This document shows, in pieces, positions 31,575 to 41,989 of a stretch of DNA of 64,000 nt. Source of the DNA: Cyanobacteria bacterium J06626_4 (GTDB lineage Bacteria; Cyanobacteriota; Cyanobacteriia; Phormidesmidales; Phormidesmidaceae). The translations under genes were made by a program, and so were the position numbers. The stretch's first letter is position 1. Each line of letters begins with the position of its first letter. The notes beneath the pieces were generated by a model, which made no database searches, was not told where the DNA came from, and worked only from the letters and a program-made list of their open reading frames with translations. The stretch is from positions 1-64,000 of the forward strand of contig JBCBJQ010000015.1 in assembly GCA_038523235.1 (NCBI GenBank), in the 5' to 3' direction.

Positions 31575-33338
31575 ATGAACAAACCCCAACTTTTTGGCCT
31601 AGGTATCGGTACCCTCAGTAGCCTCATGATCACGCCCGCCGCGATCGCGGACAGCCCGCTGTTTCTGGCCTATCCCCCAATTGAGCATCAGACCAGCAGC
31701 GATCGCATCTTTTTAATCGGCACCGGTGACCCCAATCAGCCCGTCTTGGTCAATGGTGCACCGATTGCCTACCGCAGCCCAGCCGGGCACTTTGCGCCGA
31801 CACTGCCTCTGGCCCTGGGTGAAAACACCTTGACGCTGACTCAAGGAGACGACAGCATCACCGTCAACGTAACCCGCGTGCCGGGTGTACCGGTCATATC
31901 GCCAGAACTGGGCTACGTGGTGGAATCTTTGACCCCCCAGGTGGCCATGACGCGACCGGCCGGGGAACTGGTGTGCTTTAGCGCGATCGCTCTACCAGAC
32001 GCTGACATTGCCGTCACCTGGGGCGGCGACACGATTGATCTCGCCCCTGTTGGTGAGGCGGTAACCCTGCCCCCCAACTCAGCCGTGCTCACCGCTGACA
32101 ATCAGCCCATTGCCCTCACGACAACCGCCTACGAAGGCTGCACGGTGATGCCCGCCACTGGCCCTGGCGGCCCTCCGACCTACACATTGGCTATTAATGG
32201 CGACGTGATCACCCAAACCCTGCCCGTCACCCTCTCTCGTCAGCCCCTGATGCCCTTTAGCGTCGCCACTGTGACTGCCGAGTCGGGGGTCGCCCGCACT
32301 GGCCCCAGCACCAGCTACTCTCGCATTACGCCGTTGCCTCAAGGCACCCGCGCCACCGTCACCGGCACCGAGGGCGACTGGCTCCGCCTCGACTACGGCG
32401 GCTGGATTCGCACCACCGAAACCCGCGTTGACACCACTGCCGCACCCGCCAAATCCATCATCCGCAGCGTCACCTCCGAGCAAATTCCAGGCTGGACGGA
32501 GGTGCGCTTTCCGCTGCAGGCGCCCGTCCCTATAAGCATTGACCAAACCGCCGACACGCTGACGCTGACGCTGCACAACACTACCCCGCAAACCGACACG
32601 ATCTACTTCGATGCCGACCCGGTGGTAGAACGCCTGGACTGGCAGCCGGTCTTGCCCGATCGCGCCCAATATCGCTTTCAGTTTCGGGGGCAGCAGTGGG
32701 GATACAAAACCCGCTACGAAGGCACCACGCTGGTGCTCTCGCTCAAACATGCGCCGGCACTAGCGGATAATTCTCTAGCAGGCAGCGTCATTTTGCTCGA
32801 TCCTGGTCACGGCAGCGAGAACGACCTTGGCGCCCGCGGCCCCACCGGCTATCCCGAAAAGGATGTGAATCTGGTGGTCTCAAAGCTGCTGCGCGACGAG
32901 CTAGAAGCGCGCGGGGCCACCGTTGTCATGACGCGCGAGGGTGATGATGATCTATTCCCCCGTGATCGCGTTGACATCATCAACCAGGTGGAGCCGACTC
33001 TGGCCCTTAGCGTTCACTACAATGCGCTACCCGATGCCGGTGATGCCCTCAACACCGCTGGCGTCGGCATGTTTTGGTACAACGCCCAGGCCCACGACCT
33101 CTCGGAGTTTCTGCACGACTATCTCGTCCGCGAGCTTGATCGCCCATCCTACGGCGTGTATTGGAACAATCTCGCCCTCACCCGCCCCACCGTCGCCCCT
33201 TCAGTGCTGCTAGAGCTGGGCTTCATGATCAACCCCGATGAATTTGAGTGGATCGTCGATCCCGACGCTCAGGCAGAGCTGGCTGCCGGGCTCGCTGATG
33301 CGATCGCCCTCTGGCTGCAACAAGCGGCTAACGAGTAA
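31575..33338 (+). CDS. N-acetylmuramoyl-L-alanine amidase (Amidase_3) with an SH3-like domain
   Basis: Signal peptide; ARTGPSTSYSR SH3-like segment; ILLDPGHG, EKDVNL, LSVHYNA, VLLELGFM. Confidence 0.92.
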   Translation: MNKPQLFGLGIGTLSSLMITPAAIADSPLFLAYPPIEHQTSSDRIFLIGTGDPNQPVLVNGAPIAYRSPAGHFAPTLPLALGENTLTLTQGDDSITVNVTRVPGVPVISPELGYVVESLTPQVAMTRPAGELVCFSAIALPDADIAVTWGGDTIDLAPVGEAVTLPPNSAVLTADNQPIALTTTAYEGCTVMPATGPGGPPTYTLAINGDVITQTLPVTLSRQPLMPFSVATVTAESGVARTGPSTSYSRITPLPQGTRATVTGTEGDWLRLDYGGWIRTTETRVDTTAAPAKSIIRSVTSEQIPGWTEVRFPLQAPVPISIDQTADTLTLTLHNTTPQTDTIYFDADPVVERLDWQPVLPDRAQYRFQFRGQQWGYKTRYEGTTLVLSLKHAPALADNSLAGSVILLDPGHGSENDLGARGPTGYPEKDVNLVVSKLLRDELEARGATVVMTREGDDDLFPRDRVDIINQVEPTLALSVHYNALPDAGDALNTAGVGMFWYNAQAHDLSEFLHDYLVRELDRPSYGVYWNNLALTRPTVAPSVLLELGFMINPDEFEWIVDPDAQAELAAGLADAIALWLQQAANE

Positions 33339-33376
33339 TGAGGCATTAGCAAAAGTTGGGATTGGTTGAAAAATTA

Positions 33377-33431
33377 GCCCTGCCTCATGATCGGAGTTTA
33401 GCCGTGCCAAACTCCGATCATGAGGCAGGGC
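33377..33431. terminator. Perfect 23-bp inverted repeat between convergent genes
   Basis: GCCCTGCCTCATGATCGGAGTTT-N9-AAACTCCGATCATGAGGCAGGGC. Confidence 0.65.
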
Positions 33432-33432
33432 C

Positions 33433-33741
33433 CTAACGCTCTGACTCACGGGTGAGATTTTCTGGATGACTGCCTAAACAATTACGTCTTTTGATCTGCC
33501 AGCAGCGCTCAATCAACCAGCGCGGATCTTCTTCTAACGGCGATCGCACGCACAGGTTGGGATGGTTATTGACAAACTCTTGGTAGCAAGTTTGCCAACA
33601 CTGCTCTAAAAAGGCATTATTCAAACAGCGCTGGGCATGACGATGACAACAATGCTGCCAATACTGCCAGGGGTTTAAGACCGCTGGGCGATCGCGATCC
33701 CAAAGGGGCTGATTGAGATATGACCAGAGGGGAAAACGCAT
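33433..33741 (-). CDS. Small Cys/Trp-rich hypothetical protein
   Basis: 102 aa; FPLWSYLNQPL start; repeated (L/I)ExCWQ; fills the gap between the hairpin and the next gene. Confidence 0.65.
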   Translation of the reverse strand: MRFPLWSYLNQPLWDRDRPAVLNPWQYWQHCCHRHAQRCLNNAFLEQCWQTCYQEFVNNHPNLCVRSPLEEDPRWLIERCWQIKRRNCLGSHPENLTRESER

Positions 33742-33853
33742 GATGACACCATCGGTATAGCGCTAATGCACGGGTTGGCAGAATGCGGATGCACTTGTCA
33801 GTCAAGCCGATTTCAGTGTGGCAGACAACTATCCATTTAAAGGAAAACTTCAG

Positions 33854-34522
33854 CTATTCTGCATCTTTGCAAAACTCTAGCAAGAGCTGACAGCTGTTGA
33901 CGTAACTCACGATGCCTATCACCAAATCGTCGCTGAGCCAGACACTTTTTGGCAAGGCCGTTTTGGTCACAAAGCTTTTCAGTTTTAGGTAATCGGCATA
34001 TTCATGCTCGGCATGCTCTTTATAGCCCTGAGGCATCGATTTCAGCTTTTCATCCTCACTGAGCAATAATCCAGCTGCATCAAGAGCCGCAAGAACCTGA
34101 GCAAATTGCTGGGGTGCCTCAAGGATGCGATCGCGGATAGGGCCAAGTTCAGCCGCCTTGAGTTTGTAAAATCCACAGGCCATCATGCCACCCGTAGTGT
34201 CGAGATGAAGATAAAAGACCCCCTCTTTTTCGGACTTTGTGCCCGAGGGCGTGAGCAAACCGCTCACGTGAGTGCTGTAGGGGGATTTATCTTGGGAAAA
34301 TCGGATATCGCGATGCTGGCGAAACATCGTTTTCGCGCCCCCAGCCAGCGGCATTGCAGTGTCTGCCAGCTGCTCTGAAGCCAATTCCAGGACGCGAGCA
34401 AACGGGTGGCGCAGAGAGTTCTCAAAGTCTTGCTTGTGCTCGGTATACCAGGCTTTGTCGTTGTTGTCCGCCAAGCCTTGCAGCAGCTCAAAAGATTTTT
34501 GGGTGAAGGGGTAATCGCTCAT
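33854..34522 (-). CDS. DUF2461 / TIGR02453 family protein
   Basis: LADNNDKAWY, FRQHRDIRFSQDKSPY, LKSMPQGY, LKLKSF. Confidence 0.88.
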   Translation of the reverse strand: MSDYPFTQKSFELLQGLADNNDKAWYTEHKQDFENSLRHPFARVLELASEQLADTAMPLAGGAKTMFRQHRDIRFSQDKSPYSTHVSGLLTPSGTKSEKEGVFYLHLDTTGGMMACGFYKLKAAELGPIRDRILEAPQQFAQVLAALDAAGLLLSEDEKLKSMPQGYKEHAEHEYADYLKLKSFVTKTALPKSVWLSDDLVIGIVSYVNSCQLLLEFCKDAE

Positions 34523-34628
34523 GGTGTCTTCTCAAATTCCATCTCTAAAGGGTTCAATCACATTTCTCTACCGTGGGCTCCAGCCTGCGGAGAGATCGCA
34601 AAGTGCGTCAACATTCAGCCGGTCACGC

Positions 34629-37600
34629 TCACACACTCCCCACGCTTGGGGCAGATGGCAACGTTTCCGGCTCGACCGACACCGGAGCGCTATCCGAGTC
34701 ATTGCCCCTAGGGGCGCGGCGACGCAGCATTAGATAGGCCGCCGGGGTGAAATAGAGTGCCAAGAAAGGAGAACCGCCAATGCCGCCTGCGATCGCGATC
34801 GCCAACGGCTGCCAAAACGGATCGCCCCCCATAAGCAGGGGCACAAAGCCCACGATGGTAGTGACGGTAGTGGTCAACACGTGACGCGTGGCTCTAATCA
34901 CCACATCTTGAACCGCCTTGCGATTGCCCTGTCGCGCCAACGGATTTTCATTAATGGCGGACAGCACGATAATGCTGCCGTTGATGGCAATACCGATGAG
35001 GCCCATGGTGCCAACAATGGCCATAAAGCCCAGTACTGAACCAAAGAACCAGAGCGAAAATAGCGCCATCCCCACGGAGCCAATACCCACCGCCGCGACA
35101 ATGCCCGCTGAGCGAAAGCTGCGCAGCGACAGCACCAGCGCCGTTCCCATGACGAGAAACAGCAGCCCCACGTAGGCCAGCAAATCCCCAGTGGCATCAC
35201 CACTTTCGGCCTGCTCGCCGCCGATTTCCGTGGAATAACCCGGTGGCAGCTCAAATCCCTGCTCTGCCATCGCGGCTTGAAAGTCCCCCAGCACTTGAGA
35301 AGGCAGCACTCCAGCCGTGATAAAAGCCTGCACCGTATTCACCCGTTGCTCATTGCGGCGAGTAATCTGCGACAGCTGAGGCACTAGCTCAAATTCCCCG
35401 ATTGCGGAGAGCGATCGAAACTCATCGGCCTGAGGCTGACCGGCTTGGCCCGGCTGCAGGTTGAGGGACGCCACCTGCGATAAATCACCGCGATTGTCGT
35501 TAGAAATTTGGACCCGCACCGGCAGATTTTCCGTGGATTCTAAAATTGAACCGCCGATCGCCCCTTCTAGACTGGCCTCTAGCTGTTGCGCCACCTCAGT
35601 ATTCGAAAGCCCGGCCAGTTGCGCCTGCTCTTCATCCACTTGCAGCGCCAGCTTCGGCACCGTCGCCGTCAGGTCATCGCGGACGTGGGTGACATCGGGA
35701 ATGGTGGTTAAAATTTCGCGAATTTCGGCCCCTAACTCGCGCAGCACCTCAATGTTCGGTCCATAGATCCTCAGCTCCACAGGGGCCTCAAACGGCGGCC
35801 CCTGCTCTAACTGACGCACCAGCACTCGCGCCTCGGGCAATGTAGAGTCCATTTCCGTTTGTAGGGTTTGAATCAGCGTATTGATGTCGTCTCCTGAGGT
35901 GAGCTGCACCATCGCCTGGGCGTAGTAGGGCGAATTTTCGCGACTGCTGGGAATGTTGTAGTAAAACTTAGGAGCGCTTTCCCCCACAAACCAGTGCACC
36001 TGCGCCACCTGCTCGTGCGCTAGCAGCCGATCTCGCGCCTGCATTACCGCTGTTTCTGAATGGGCGATCGCTGTTTGATTCGTAAACTCCACCTCAATCT
36101 GAAACTGATCGCGCTTCAGAGAAGGGAAAAACTGGTTTTCTAAACTGCTCACCTGGATGAAACCCACCACCGGCAGCACCATCGTCAGCACTACGCCAAA
36201 AACTGGCTTAGCCGTAATCCGCTGTAGCGTCCAGCGATAGACGCCGCCCAATCGCCGGGAAGACACGCCGTCATTCCACCAGGCGCCGTCCTTCATCAGC
36301 ACGCGAAAGCCATACTCAAAAACGTTTTGCGGCCGCCGCTGCCTAACCGTCTGGATATCGGCCTCACTGCGACCGAGAAAGCGCCCCGTTAGCGCCGCAA
36401 TCACGGTCAACGACAGCAGCAGCGAAGAAGCCAACGACAAAATCACCGTCAGCGCAATGGATCCAACAAATTCCCCCGCGCCCCCCGGCAACAGAGCAAT
36501 CGGCAGAAACGTCAGCACCGTCGTCAGCGTTGAGGCAAACAGCGGCGCTTGCAAATACTTCACCGTATCGACCACCGCCTGCTCGGGCGGCACGCCATGC
36601 TTCAGCTCCGCCTGAATTTCATCAACCGCGACGACCGCGTTATCAATCAGTAGACCCAGGGCAATAATCAGCCCCGTCACCGACATCTGGTGAATGGGGA
36701 TGCCGATCAGGGTCATCAGCCCCATCACGGCGCACACCGTCAGCGGCAAGGCCGTGCCCACCACCAGCGACGAGCGCCAACCCATGCCAAAAAACGTCAC
36801 GATCACCACCAGCAGCGCCGCAAACAGCAAATTCGAAATCAACTTGCTAAGGCGGGCGCTGACATATTCACTCTGGTCAAAGATCACGTCCAGCGCAATA
36901 CCGCCGGGCAGCTGGCGGCGAAAGTCCTCAACCTGCCGCCAGGCACCTTTGGCCCAGCGGTCCACGCGCTCTCCTGAAGACATCAGAATCCCCAGGGCGA
37001 TCGCCGGTTTGCCATTCACAATTGCCAGATCGGTCACTGGCTCTCGAATGCCGCGAGTCACCTCAGCCACGTCTCCCAGTCGGGCAAACTGACCGGCCCC
37101 AGAGCGAATGGGAATTTGCCGAATTTGGTCTAAAGAATTCAGCTCGCTGTCCACCTCGATCGCCAGAGTCTCATTGGCATTCCGCAGTTGCCCAGCAGTG
37201 ACCTTGGCATCACTACCACTCACCTGCTGCGCCAGCTGTTGCGCATCGAGCCCTACCGCCGCGAGGTCTGGCGCCCTGATCGCCACCTTGATTTCTTCGT
37301 CAGGGAGGCCAAACTCATCCACCGCTTCCGTCCCAGGAACGCTGCGCATCTGAATCTGCAGCTCTTCGCCAAAGCGCCGCAGGATCGCGTAGTTGGGCTC
37401 GCTGGCTTGCTCCCACACGAGGGCGGCAATCATGGAATAGGCCCGCGTCTCGGTTTCTTCCAGCTCGGATGCCAAGGCCCCTGGCGGAAACAGCAGATTG
37501 GCGTCTTCCATCTGGTTGCGCACCCGAGACCACACCGGTTCCGCATCCACAACCGCATCCTGCAGCTCCACCGCCACGCTAGAAAAACCGACACGAGAGG

Positions 37601-37841
37601 TTGAGGTCAGCGTTTTAACTTCCTCAATCTCAGAAATCTCTGATTCCAACACTTCGGTCACCAACGCCTCGACTCGCTCGGCGCTAGCCCCCGGAAAGCG
37701 GGTAGTCACCACCGCCACTCGCGCTACTTGGGTCGGATCTTCCTGACGAGGCAGAGCCTGAAAGGCCGAGACACCCCAAAGCAATAAAATAATGATGCTG
37801 AGAATCAAGAGTCGGACGTTGCGAAAAAAGGGACGTGCCAT
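34629..37841 (-). CDS. RND efflux permease (AcrB/D/F family)
   Basis: 1070 aa; LPRQEDP, GLLIDNAVV, FLPIALLPG, GIAINGSII, WQPLAIAIAGG. Confidence 0.93.
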   Translation of the reverse strand: MARPFFRNVRLLILSIIILLLWGVSAFQALPRQEDPTQVARVAVVTTRFPGASAERVEALVTEVLESEISEIEEVKTLTSTSRVGFSSVAVELQDAVVDAEPVWSRVRNQMEDANLLFPPGALASELEETETRAYSMIAALVWEQASEPNYAILRRFGEELQIQMRSVPGTEAVDEFGLPDEEIKVAIRAPDLAAVGLDAQQLAQQVSGSDAKVTAGQLRNANETLAIEVDSELNSLDQIRQIPIRSGAGQFARLGDVAEVTRGIREPVTDLAIVNGKPAIALGILMSSGERVDRWAKGAWRQVEDFRRQLPGGIALDVIFDQSEYVSARLSKLISNLLFAALLVVIVTFFGMGWRSSLVVGTALPLTVCAVMGLMTLIGIPIHQMSVTGLIIALGLLIDNAVVAVDEIQAELKHGVPPEQAVVDTVKYLQAPLFASTLTTVLTFLPIALLPGGAGEFVGSIALTVILSLASSLLLSLTVIAALTGRFLGRSEADIQTVRQRRPQNVFEYGFRVLMKDGAWWNDGVSSRRLGGVYRWTLQRITAKPVFGVVLTMVLPVVGFIQVSSLENQFFPSLKRDQFQIEVEFTNQTAIAHSETAVMQARDRLLAHEQVAQVHWFVGESAPKFYYNIPSSRENSPYYAQAMVQLTSGDDINTLIQTLQTEMDSTLPEARVLVRQLEQGPPFEAPVELRIYGPNIEVLRELGAEIREILTTIPDVTHVRDDLTATVPKLALQVDEEQAQLAGLSNTEVAQQLEASLEGAIGGSILESTENLPVRVQISNDNRGDLSQVASLNLQPGQAGQPQADEFRSLSAIGEFELVPQLSQITRRNEQRVNTVQAFITAGVLPSQVLGDFQAAMAEQGFELPPGYSTEIGGEQAESGDATGDLLAYVGLLFLVMGTALVLSLRSFRSAGIVAAVGIGSVGMALFSLWFFGSVLGFMAIVGTMGLIGIAINGSIIVLSAINENPLARQGNRKAVQDVVIRATRHVLTTTVTTIVGFVPLLMGGDPFWQPLAIAIAGGIGGSPFLALYFTPAAYLMLRRRAPRGNDSDSAPVSVEPETLPSAPSVGSV

Positions 37842-37997
37842 CGCGGAAAGCCTGCGCTATGCGGGTTTACTTCAAGACAAGGGACAGCGAACGGGTGAGG
37901 CCCGCTCAATCACTGGAAATGCTCAGAGAATCGGTGACAATGTTCTCCGATTGGGAAAATCTTGGGGGCGATCGCTGCAGCCCGGTTTAGGCAGCCA

Positions 37998-39476
37998 TCA
38001 CTCAGCCGCGATCACGCTCACTCGCTGCCCCGGCACTAATCGATGCACGCCGCTGGTGACGACCTGATCGCCGGGTTCTAGGGTGCCGCGCACAAACACC
38101 CGCGTACTTGACTCGCCGTCTGCGGTGGTACTTTCTTCGTGAATAATCTCGACCGAGCGGGGCTCCAGCACCCAAGCATCCTGGTCCGCTGCCGCATCAG
38201 CATCGGCTTCCTCAGCGGCGGCTGTAAACGAATCATCGTCTGCTGTCGTCCCCGCGCTGCCCGGCGGCACCAGCACGTAGGCTGTCCACAGCCCCCGCAG
38301 CCCTTGCGTCAACGCGGCAGTTGGCAACCAGTAGCCTGCTGATTGAATCGTCTCGTCAATCGTGAGTCGGGCCGTTTGTCCCGGCTCAATTGCGCTAATG
38401 GCCGTCGGCTCCAATCGCAAAACTACAGTTTGGGTCCGGGTCGTCGCATCCACCTCGGGCAACACCGCCACCACCTCAGCCGGATAGGCCCGGTTGTTCA
38501 CGCTGACGCTTTGCCCGGTGCCCACCCGCAAATCATTGACCACCGCTGCAGGCACCCCCACGCGCACCTCGGGCGACGCGGCTTCCACTAGCTCAATCAC
38601 GGCCTGTCCCGAGCCGATAACGGTGCCTTCATCCACACGCCGCACCGCCACAATGCCGTCAAAAGGAGCCGTAATCGTGCTTTTCGCCAGATTCACATCG
38701 ATATCTTGAATCTGAGCATCCAGCTGCGCCACGACCGCTTGTTGAGCATCTAGCTGCTCAAATCGAGTGCCGTTTTGCAGCTCTTGCAAACGACTGCGGG
38801 CTTGATCGAGTCGCGCCTGTAGGGAATCTGCGCCAAAGGCAAATTCGTCGAGCTGCTCCCGCGCGATCGCCCCGCGCTCATAGAGATATTCCCGCCGCTC
38901 CTCTTGAATCTCTTGCAAGCCCAGCTGCTGCTCCAAGTCGCGAACTTCGGCGGCCGCCACAGCAAGATCTTCTGCCCGAGCACCGTTCTGCAGTTCAGCC
39001 AGTTGCGCGACGGCCTGCGCTTTTTGCGCTTGCACCTGCAGCCGTTGGGTCGCCAAATTGCGACTGTCTAACCGGGCGATGGGCGTCCCCGCGCTGACGC
39101 GATCGCCCTCCTCAGCTAACACCTGCACCAGCTCGCCGCCCCGCTCAAAGCCCAATTCACTACGGCGCAGGGCGGCAATTTCCCCCGTGTAGACGCGCGG
39201 CACCTGGTAAGCAGAGACGGGCTCTAGCGTTAACGTTTCGACCGGCAAGACCCGACTTTCCTCAGTTAAGGTTGCGGGAGATGACCGGGTGAGAACGGTA
39301 AAGCTAGTCGCCGCCCCGACGAATACCAAAAGTCCAGTGGCTCCTAGCAAGCCGTATCGCACCCAGGCAGGCTGTCGCTCTAAAGGCCGCGGCCAGCCAC
39401 TCGATGATTGACTAGACTGCGACTCGGTCAAATCAGCCGACAAAGCAGCTGAAGAAGAAATCGGTTCAGAATTCAT
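37998..39476 (-). CDS. RND efflux periplasmic adaptor (membrane fusion protein)
   Basis: TM anchor; lipoyl-like LGFERGG...EGDRV; coiled coil; ITAPFDG. Start moved to ATG 39476 because the longer ORF overlaps the divergent TetR gene. Confidence 0.9.
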   Translation of the reverse strand: MNSEPISSSAALSADLTESQSSQSSSGWPRPLERQPAWVRYGLLGATGLLVFVGAATSFTVLTRSSPATLTEESRVLPVETLTLEPVSAYQVPRVYTGEIAALRRSELGFERGGELVQVLAEEGDRVSAGTPIARLDSRNLATQRLQVQAQKAQAVAQLAELQNGARAEDLAVAAAEVRDLEQQLGLQEIQEERREYLYERGAIAREQLDEFAFGADSLQARLDQARSRLQELQNGTRFEQLDAQQAVVAQLDAQIQDIDVNLAKSTITAPFDGIVAVRRVDEGTVIGSGQAVIELVEAASPEVRVGVPAAVVNDLRVGTGQSVSVNNRAYPAEVVAVLPEVDATTRTQTVVLRLEPTAISAIEPGQTARLTIDETIQSAGYWLPTAALTQGLRGLWTAYVLVPPGSAGTTADDDSFTAAAEEADADAAADQDAWVLEPRSVEIIHEESTTADGESSTRVFVRGTLEPGDQVVTSGVHRLVPGQRVSVIAAE

Positions 39477-39518
39477 GGCGATCGCAGAGATGACAAGGAC
39501 GACAAGCGCGAAAAAATC

Positions 39519-39560
39519 AATCAAACGAATGATTAAATTAATTAAAACGTATGATTGAAT
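39519..39560. promoter_or_regulatory. Tandem TetR-type operator pair between the efflux operon and its regulator
   Basis: AAACGAATGATTAAAT (39523) and AAACGTATGATTGAAT (39545): 14/16 identical, 22-bp offset; the first overlaps the palindrome AATCA-N6-TGATT. Confidence 0.6.
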
Positions 39561-39650
39561 GTAACGCAAGGTTAACTCATAGTCCACTGAGTCTCGTATA
39601 GTAAGTAACCAATCATGGTCCGCCCCATTCAGATTAGAGATCCTTTGCCG

Positions 39651-40274
39651 ATGGTTTCTGACTCTTTCGGTGACACCCAAACTCAAATCCTTGACGCGGC
39701 TGAGCAACTGTTTGCTGAGCAAGGGTTTGGGGCAACCTCACTGCGCAGCATTATCCGCGCCGCCGACGTCAATTTGGCGGCGATTCACTATCACTTTGGC
39801 TCCAAAGAAAAACTGATCGTAGCCACCATCGAACGTATGGCTCAGCCAATTGTGCAAGCCGAACTACAGCAATTAGCAACCGTGCAGGCCAAGCATCCTC
39901 AACCGACTGTTGAAGCCATTTTGCACGCCATGTTGGCCCCAGCACTCGAAATCGTCTATTACGGCCAGGGCGATCGCGGGCTGACTCAAGCCCGACTCAT
40001 GGGCCGCTGCCGCACCGAGCCGACGATTGAGCCGATCGGCGCTCGGGCCTTTGCCAAAAGTTCTCAGACCTTCCTAACCGCTCTGCAGCAAGCATTGCCT
40101 GATCAATCGACATCAGAGCTCACCTGGAAATTTGATCTGGTGATTGCCATGTTGATTCGAGTCCTGTGTGCTGCCGACCAGCCCAATGCCATCCTGCAGG
40201 ACAACTCACCGGAAGAAACTGCCGCCGCGATCGAGCGCTTGGTCCATTTTGCGGCCGCTGGCATGAAGTCTTAA
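39651..40274 (+). CDS. TetR/AcrR family regulator, divergent from the RND operon
   Basis: ILDAAEQLFAEQGFGATSLRSIIRAADVNLAAIHYHFGSKE; alternative start at 39615. Confidence 0.9.
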   Translation: MVSDSFGDTQTQILDAAEQLFAEQGFGATSLRSIIRAADVNLAAIHYHFGSKEKLIVATIERMAQPIVQAELQQLATVQAKHPQPTVEAILHAMLAPALEIVYYGQGDRGLTQARLMGRCRTEPTIEPIGARAFAKSSQTFLTALQQALPDQSTSELTWKFDLVIAMLIRVLCAADQPNAILQDNSPEETAAAIERLVHFAAAGMKS

Positions 40275-40299
40275 TCGCTCAGCGGTAACCGACTCTCAA

Positions 40300-41595
40300 C
40301 TAACAAATAAAATGCGGCGGCGATTGGGCAGTGCCTGACCATTCGAGCACCACTACCTCTTCCCGCAATTGCGCCCCCGTCGCCGTTGATAACCGTGTGC
40401 GAAAGAGGTCACGGTCTTTGACCCGATAGCCCACCTCGGCCGCGATCTCTTCTAACAGCTCGCCCGTACGAATCATGATTTGAAAGAATGAAGCCTGATC
40501 GCCTACCACGTAAGCGAGCTGAGCACCTGGTTTTAAAGCTGGCTGCAGCTCCTGCAGATGGCGCTTCATGCCGCCAAAGTAAAGCGTGGTCACCCGATGA
40601 TAAAGTCGCTCAAAGCCAGAGGTTTTATTGAGAGCCAAGCGCCGATCTTCAATTTCTTGAGCCAGTGCCGTGATTTGGCTTTGTGAGGTCAGCACGCGAT
40701 CATCGTCGTCAACTTTGTAGACGTTGCGCGTATTTGAGCGAATCAGAGACTGCTTGAACCGGCGCAAGTCCTCTTTATCTTTCAAAAAGCCCAGCAGCAC
40801 TGATTCCAGCCGCGTGGTGCGGGTGTAGTCCTTCTCGTTGGGATAGGGCGGCGAGGTAATAATCGCGTCGATGGAATTGGGCACGAGCAGCAATCGCAGC
40901 GATCGCGCATCTCCGTGATGACAGCGAGCGGGCACACTGGCCAGGTCTTGATAAGCCGCCAAATCCGCCGCCATTTGCTCCACCTTGGCTTGCCACTGCT
41001 CGATTACGGGCGCGTCGTCACGCTTGCGCCGCCGAATGCCCACCTCTGGCCCAAATTTCAGATTGCTCGCCCCATGCACCGCCACATAGGCCAGGGCCAG
41101 CTGCAGCACCGATCGCACCGATCTCATCGTTACCGCCGCTATCGCTTCGTGCAGCCCCAAACATTTATGCAGCGGCACCGCACTGATGGAATTTTTCAGC
41201 ACAATCGCCGTTTGCTCCGGCGTGAAAGTCAAAACTGCCGCCGTCTCGCGTTGACTCACCTGAGCCAACACCTGATCTTTGGCTCGATGCAGTTCATCAA
41301 GATCAACCTGCCACTGCACTTTAGTGCTACAGGCAAAATGCGACATCGGAATGGCTTCAACCCCGACCGAAGCCAGTCCATTTTTCTTTGCTTCGACAAT
41401 GGTGGTGCCCGTGCCGCAGAACGGATCCAGCAGCGTCGCCCCGGCCCCGAGACCAAACTGATCAAGGTAGTGACGCACCAAATGGGGCGGATACGAAAGC
41501 ACAAACCGATACCAGTCATGAAAGGCGCGATCGCCCGGCTGTAGCTTGTTATGACTCAAATCAGCAGGATGGGACGGCGTCACAGAAGAAGTCAT
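40300..41595 (-). CDS. Solitary DNA amino-methyltransferase (probably N4-cytosine)
   Basis: Motif I LLDPFCGTGTT precedes motif IV IITSPPY; no adjacent endonuclease. Confidence 0.88.
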   Translation of the reverse strand: MTSSVTPSHPADLSHNKLQPGDRAFHDWYRFVLSYPPHLVRHYLDQFGLGAGATLLDPFCGTGTTIVEAKKNGLASVGVEAIPMSHFACSTKVQWQVDLDELHRAKDQVLAQVSQRETAAVLTFTPEQTAIVLKNSISAVPLHKCLGLHEAIAAVTMRSVRSVLQLALAYVAVHGASNLKFGPEVGIRRRKRDDAPVIEQWQAKVEQMAADLAAYQDLASVPARCHHGDARSLRLLLVPNSIDAIITSPPYPNEKDYTRTTRLESVLLGFLKDKEDLRRFKQSLIRSNTRNVYKVDDDDRVLTSQSQITALAQEIEDRRLALNKTSGFERLYHRVTTLYFGGMKRHLQELQPALKPGAQLAYVVGDQASFFQIMIRTGELLEEIAAEVGYRVKDRDLFRTRLSTATGAQLREEVVVLEWSGTAQSPPHFIC

Positions 41596-41989
41596 GCAGG
41601 GGCGTGGGCGATCATCAAGACAGAGAATCAGACACTAGTTCGAATGATCTAGGATCAAAGTCCTCCTACTATATCGGCTCGCTTGTCATCTAGCACGCCC
41701 GTTTACTCATAACGATTCAAGCCTCTCCGCTGCGCCAGCAGCACCTGATAAGGAAAGCATTCATCCCACGAAAATTCCTTTAAAACCCAGACGTCAACAA
41801 CTATGCCAACGTCACTCATTTACCCGTGAACAGCTTGGCGCGCCCCTTCAAAAGGGTTGACCGGCAATCTTCTCGTCACTTCAACCCAATTTCCACAAAG
41901 CATCCTCACCCACTGGCTCTTCGAGCTCTGTAGGGCTCTACCCTGGCCACAAGGTACTCGGAATCCACTATCCTCCACTCCTCAACCCG

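Noticed and set aside
32079..32750. 223-aa antisense ORF inside the amidase gene, and similar shadow ORFs such as 40915-41544 and 49844-50404
   Set aside because: Antisense shadows of GC-rich coding sequence with no protein motifs
39477..39722. 82-aa N-terminal extension of the RND adaptor ORF
   Set aside because: It runs through the operator region and overlaps the divergent TetR gene; ATG 39476 is the plausible start
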